This document shows, one piece after another, positions 62,114 to 64,000 of a stretch of DNA of 64,000 nucleotides. Numbering within the stretch: the first letter of the stretch is position 1; each line of letters begins with the position of its first letter. The stretch is from NCBI GenBank assembly GCA_965221955.1, contig CBDCTA010000014.1, positions 1-64,000 on the forward strand. Reading direction: 5' to 3'. Made by a program: the position numbers and the translations under genes. The notes under the pieces were generated by a model. That model had not been told where the DNA came from. It saw only the letters and a program-made list of their open reading frames with translations, and did not search any database. This stretch comes from Gammaproteobacteria bacterium. GTDB taxonomy: Bacteria; Pseudomonadota; Gammaproteobacteria; UBA4575.

Positions 62114-62774
62114 CCATGATGCGATTCAAAGTTATGGTTTATGGGGTTTAGTCATCATTAACTCCCTAGTATTTATTATCTTCGCGTTTAGCTTTACGAA
62201 ACCAAACACATCAAGAGACTGGCGTTCCTTTGGTGCATTTTCAGCCTTTATCGTTGCGCTGTTTGCAGAGATGTATGGATTTCCGTTGACGATATATTTT
62301 CTATCAGGTTGGTTAAGTGCGAATTACCCAAGTGTAGATTTATATTCTCATGAAAATGGGCATCTTTGGCATTTATTAATAAACCTTGGTGGCGATCCAC
62401 ATTTCAATTTAATTCATATACTCAGCATTGCATTAATCCTTGCAGGGTTTTTCTTACTCTCCGCTTCTTGGAAAGTTCTTTATGCCGCACAAAAGCAACA
62501 CCAGCTTGCAACAACAGGGCCTTACTCGCGTATCCGTCATCCTCAATATATTGGGTTTTTCCTCATCATGCTGGGATTCTTAGTGCAATGGCCAACTATA
62601 CTTACGCTACTCATGTTTCCCATTTTGACATACATGTATTACCGGTTAGCAAAAAAAGAAGAACGAGAAGTAGAGGATGAATACGGAGAAATATATACAA
62701 AGTATGCTGAACGTGTTCCTGCCTTCATTCCTAAATTTGGAGAACGATATGATGCTTATCGCGAACAAAAATAA
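62103..62774 (+). CDS. Isoprenylcysteine carboxylmethyltransferase-family membrane protein (copper-operon type)
   Basis: YGLWGLV, ALFAEMYGFPLTIY, GPYSRIRHPQY, EE...YG..Y..Y...VP.F. Confidence 0.88.
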   Translation: MMNSHDAIQSYGLWGLVIINSLVFIIFAFSFTKPNTSRDWRSFGAFSAFIVALFAEMYGFPLTIYFLSGWLSANYPSVDLYSHENGHLWHLLINLGGDPHFNLIHILSIALILAGFFLLSASWKVLYAAQKQHQLATTGPYSRIRHPQYIGFFLIMLGFLVQWPTILTLLMFPILTYMYYRLAKKEEREVEDEYGEIYTKYAERVPAFIPKFGERYDAYREQK

Positions 62775-63216
62775 TGATTGGATGCGAGCACACTATTTAA
62801 GACCACTTTATGTGTCTTTGATCTTATCGGTATTCGCAGAACTTATTTTGTTTCTTTATTTTGGTGTTCTTATAAACGATGAAGGGAACATGCTAAATAA
62901 GTTTCTGTGGTCAGTTATTTTTTGTGGAATTGGAATGGGGAGTGTATTTGGGATAGCAATCTTAGTATTTGTGTTAGATCGTATGACTGGGTGGTTTGCA
63001 ATATCGATGACAACAGCACTTGCAATTATTTTCTTCGGTGTTTGTAACTTTATATGTTTTAGATTAGATCAAAAATTTAATTACTTTGGAGGTATAAATA
63101 ATCCTGAACTATTTCTATTTACTGGATGGTTGCTGTCTATTCTCGGAGGTTTACTGATTGGAACGCTTTTGTTTACAGACACTGGAAACAGACTATTGAA
63201 TCGGCTAGGCATTTGA
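62749..63216 (+). CDS. Hypothetical multi-pass membrane protein
   Basis: About four TM segments; start codon uncertain. Confidence 0.7.
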   Translation: MMLIANKNNDWMRAHYLRPLYVSLILSVFAELILFLYFGVLINDEGNMLNKFLWSVIFCGIGMGSVFGIAILVFVLDRMTGWFAISMTTALAIIFFGVCNFICFRLDQKFNYFGGINNPELFLFTGWLLSILGGLLIGTLLFTDTGNRLLNRLGI

Positions 63217-63268
63217 ATATAAAGACAGCATCCTGTAATTGATGAAATTTTAAACAAAGGAGATAGCT

Positions 63269-63502
63269 ATGGCTCAATTTTTAGGAGATATAGCATTTAT
63301 ATTGGAATCGATGCTACTTGTAAGTGGCTTAGTTATTTATTACTTCGCATTAGAGAGAAAATCGAAGTTGCTCAAGTTTACAGCGATTATCGCAATAATC
63401 ATTAGCTTGCTAGGTATGCTATGTACGGGATATTACTGGTTTAGTTATCTATCGCAAGGTGCATTTCAAACAGCATTTCTAAATGTACCTGCTAACACAT
63501 AG
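63269..63502 (+). CDS. Small two-TM membrane protein
   Basis: RBS AAGGAG, 77 aa, hydrophobic. Confidence 0.7.
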   Translation: MAQFLGDIAFILESMLLVSGLVIYYFALERKSKLLKFTAIIAIIISLLGMLCTGYYWFSYLSQGAFQTAFLNVPANT

Positions 63503-63538
63503 TCTTAATATTTATTTAAATACAAAGGAGAACAAATC

Positions 63539-63892
63539 ATGAGAAAAGCATTAACAACTATGCTACTTATCTTATTCGTAGCCAGTGCAACTAGTTATGC
63601 AAAAGATTCATTAATGCATCAATCGCATGAAAAGTTACAACAAGTACAACAAGAAATGTTGGTCATTAAGAAAACAGAAGATCCAGTGAAACGCAAACAA
63701 TTACTTGATGAGCATTTAAAAACTATGCAGGAATTTAGCGACATTATGCTACAAGTACAACATGATCCAAAACGTGGAGAAGAAAGCGTAATAATGGGAG
63801 AAATTATGTTTGAACGAATTAAATATTTAGAAAAGATGATGCACCAATTACTCGAGTATCAAAGTGAACGAGCAAAAATTAAAGATATGTAG
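63539..63892 (+). CDS. Periplasmic helical protein, distant paralogue 3 of the Met/His-rich family
   Basis: Signal peptide; QEMLVIKKTEDPVKRKQLLDEHLKTMQE; RBS AAGGAG. Confidence 0.72.
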   Translation: MRKALTTMLLILFVASATSYAKDSLMHQSHEKLQQVQQEMLVIKKTEDPVKRKQLLDEHLKTMQEFSDIMLQVQHDPKRGEESVIMGEIMFERIKYLEKMMHQLLEYQSERAKIKDM

Positions 63893-63979
63893 TAATACGC
63901 TTAGATGAATGAGTGTATATCAATTCAATATAGAAATTAATTAATTATTAGTTATTTCACTATTTTTAAGGAGCACACT

Positions 63980-64000
63980 ATGACACATCATGACGGGGGA
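63980..64000 (+). CDS. Start of an ORF truncated by the window end (MTHHDG...)
   Basis: RBS AAGGAG then ATG. Confidence 0.45.

Larger units (their letters stand above)
50439..64000. mobile_element. Probable tRNA-Pro-anchored genomic island (metal/stress cargo; right end beyond the window)
   Basis: Switch from core genes to accessory cargo right after the tRNA; long AT-rich intergenic tracts, a pseudogene and an IS remnant; no integrase seen. Confidence 0.6.

Overview
A gammaproteobacterial chromosome segment. The core backbone runs pepA, lptF/G, RDD, xerD-dsbC, an AddA-like helicase-nuclease, parE/parC, htpX, FimX/FimW-like genes, epmB-efp-epmA, psd, aroC, leuCDB-asd-fimV-truA-trpFBA-accD-folC-dedD-cvpA-purF, lpxH, a cyclophilin and tRNA-Pro(TGG). 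There are two accessory regions. (1) At about 3.7-8.4 kb, between lptG and the RDD gene, small unrelated genes are separated by eight copies of a 30-bp imperfect palindrome (consensus AATGWCCGCT-WWY-GRCC-NWW-AGCGGACATT). The layout resembles an integron cassette array, but the sites are not attC or dif and no integron integrase is visible. This is the best candidate for an undescribed system. (2) Downstream of tRNA-Pro lies an island with ArsR, an AlkB/XylM-like hydroxylase, ArsM, a DMT transporter, Ppk2, a two-component system, Met/His-rich periplasmic paralogues and a CueR-like copper operon. It holds a ninth copy of the same palindrome, split at its centre by a 248-bp element with IS30-like ends. 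lptF and accD each carry a single +1 frameshift, probably assembly errors. All calls come from reading the sequence and motifs; no database searches were run.
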